DNA of 63,511 nt, counting the filler, from Reclinomonas americana ATCC 50394 (Eukaryota), in NCBI GenBank assembly GCA_048213135.1. It is 11 parts of 4 records of this genome, joined end to end, with 100 filler letters (N's around TTAATTAATTAA, not from the genome) between each part and the next. Parts side by side here need not be neighbours in the genome. Positions count along the whole stretch, not along the records: positions 61,672 to 63,511 come from PS015256.1; 10 more parts are not named here. One strand, written 5' to 3'. Each line of letters starts with the position of its first letter. The first letter of the stretch is position 1. Under the pieces are notes generated by a model. It was not told the DNA's origin, made no database searches, and worked only from the letters and a program-made list of their open reading frames with translations. A program made the translations under genes and the position numbers. Shown here piece after piece: positions 63,122 through 63,511 of this stretch.

Positions 63122-63511
63122 GCGCGCGCAGTGGAGCATCATGCAGCGGGCCATGGACGGCCGCACATCCAACGCCATCAAGAACCGCTGGAATTCGACA
63201 CTGAAGCGCCGTGTGGCGCGTGGCGAGTTCGACTATCTCGACTTGTCGTACGCCGGAGCGTGCCAGCGCATCCCCACACTTCCTGATTTGGTCAAGGCCG
63301 TGCAGGAATCGCCGCGTGGAAGCGGCGGCGCCAGTGCGGCTGCTGTGGCCGCTGCTGGACTGCTGTCGACGCCCATGAGCGCCGGTTCGCTGACCCCGTC
63401 GGGTCGTTCAGCGTCATCAGCGCGCCGTCGTCGGCCGCCACGGCGAAGCCGCCAGTCCAAGATGGACATTGACGACGACGATTCAACTGCCGACGAAGAC
63501 TGCAACTCCTC
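63122..63511 (+). CDS. Myb-family transcription factor exon (R3-type repeat)
   Basis: QWSIMQRAMDGRTSNAIKNRWNSTLKRR. Confidence 0.88.

Noticed and set aside
1-63511. Alternative genetic code or stop-codon readthrough
   Set aside because: In the genes traced, in-frame stops fall inside introns, and TAA, TAG and TGA all end genes.

Overview
This is eukaryotic DNA from a gene-dense, intron-rich genome, probably a flagellated protist (inferred; the species cannot be identified from sequence). The draft scaffold has many N gaps and artificial TTAATTAATTAA linkers, and several contigs are in order but flipped. About 24 spliced genes or gene fragments can be traced: an EF-hand/PPP phosphatase, sialate O-acetylesterase, a SepA/Cdc15-type kinase, an EGF-repeat protein, a coiled-coil protein, a RING-H2 protein, NBR1-like, Fzr1/Cdh1, dolichol kinase, a histidine phosphatase, MED14, an IRAK/RLK-like pseudokinase, PH-domain and LRRC23-like proteins, CCT2, beta'-COP, a WNK kinase, NAP1 and a Myb protein. 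The main observation is two classes of 5' splice site. Donors after an exonic G read G|GTnnG with G at +5. At least 28 donors after A, T or C instead read GTTnnGY, mostly GTTGCGT, with the signal shifted one base to +6/+7. That is roughly one intron in four or five by hand count, for a donor type known only as a rarity in mammals. Also notable are two tandem 4-nt microexons, GC-AG introns, a ~550-bp repeat whose two copies probably flank a three-gene block in inverted orientation, and a 107-bp divergent CCT2/COPB2 interval. All gene models were built by hand without transcript data.
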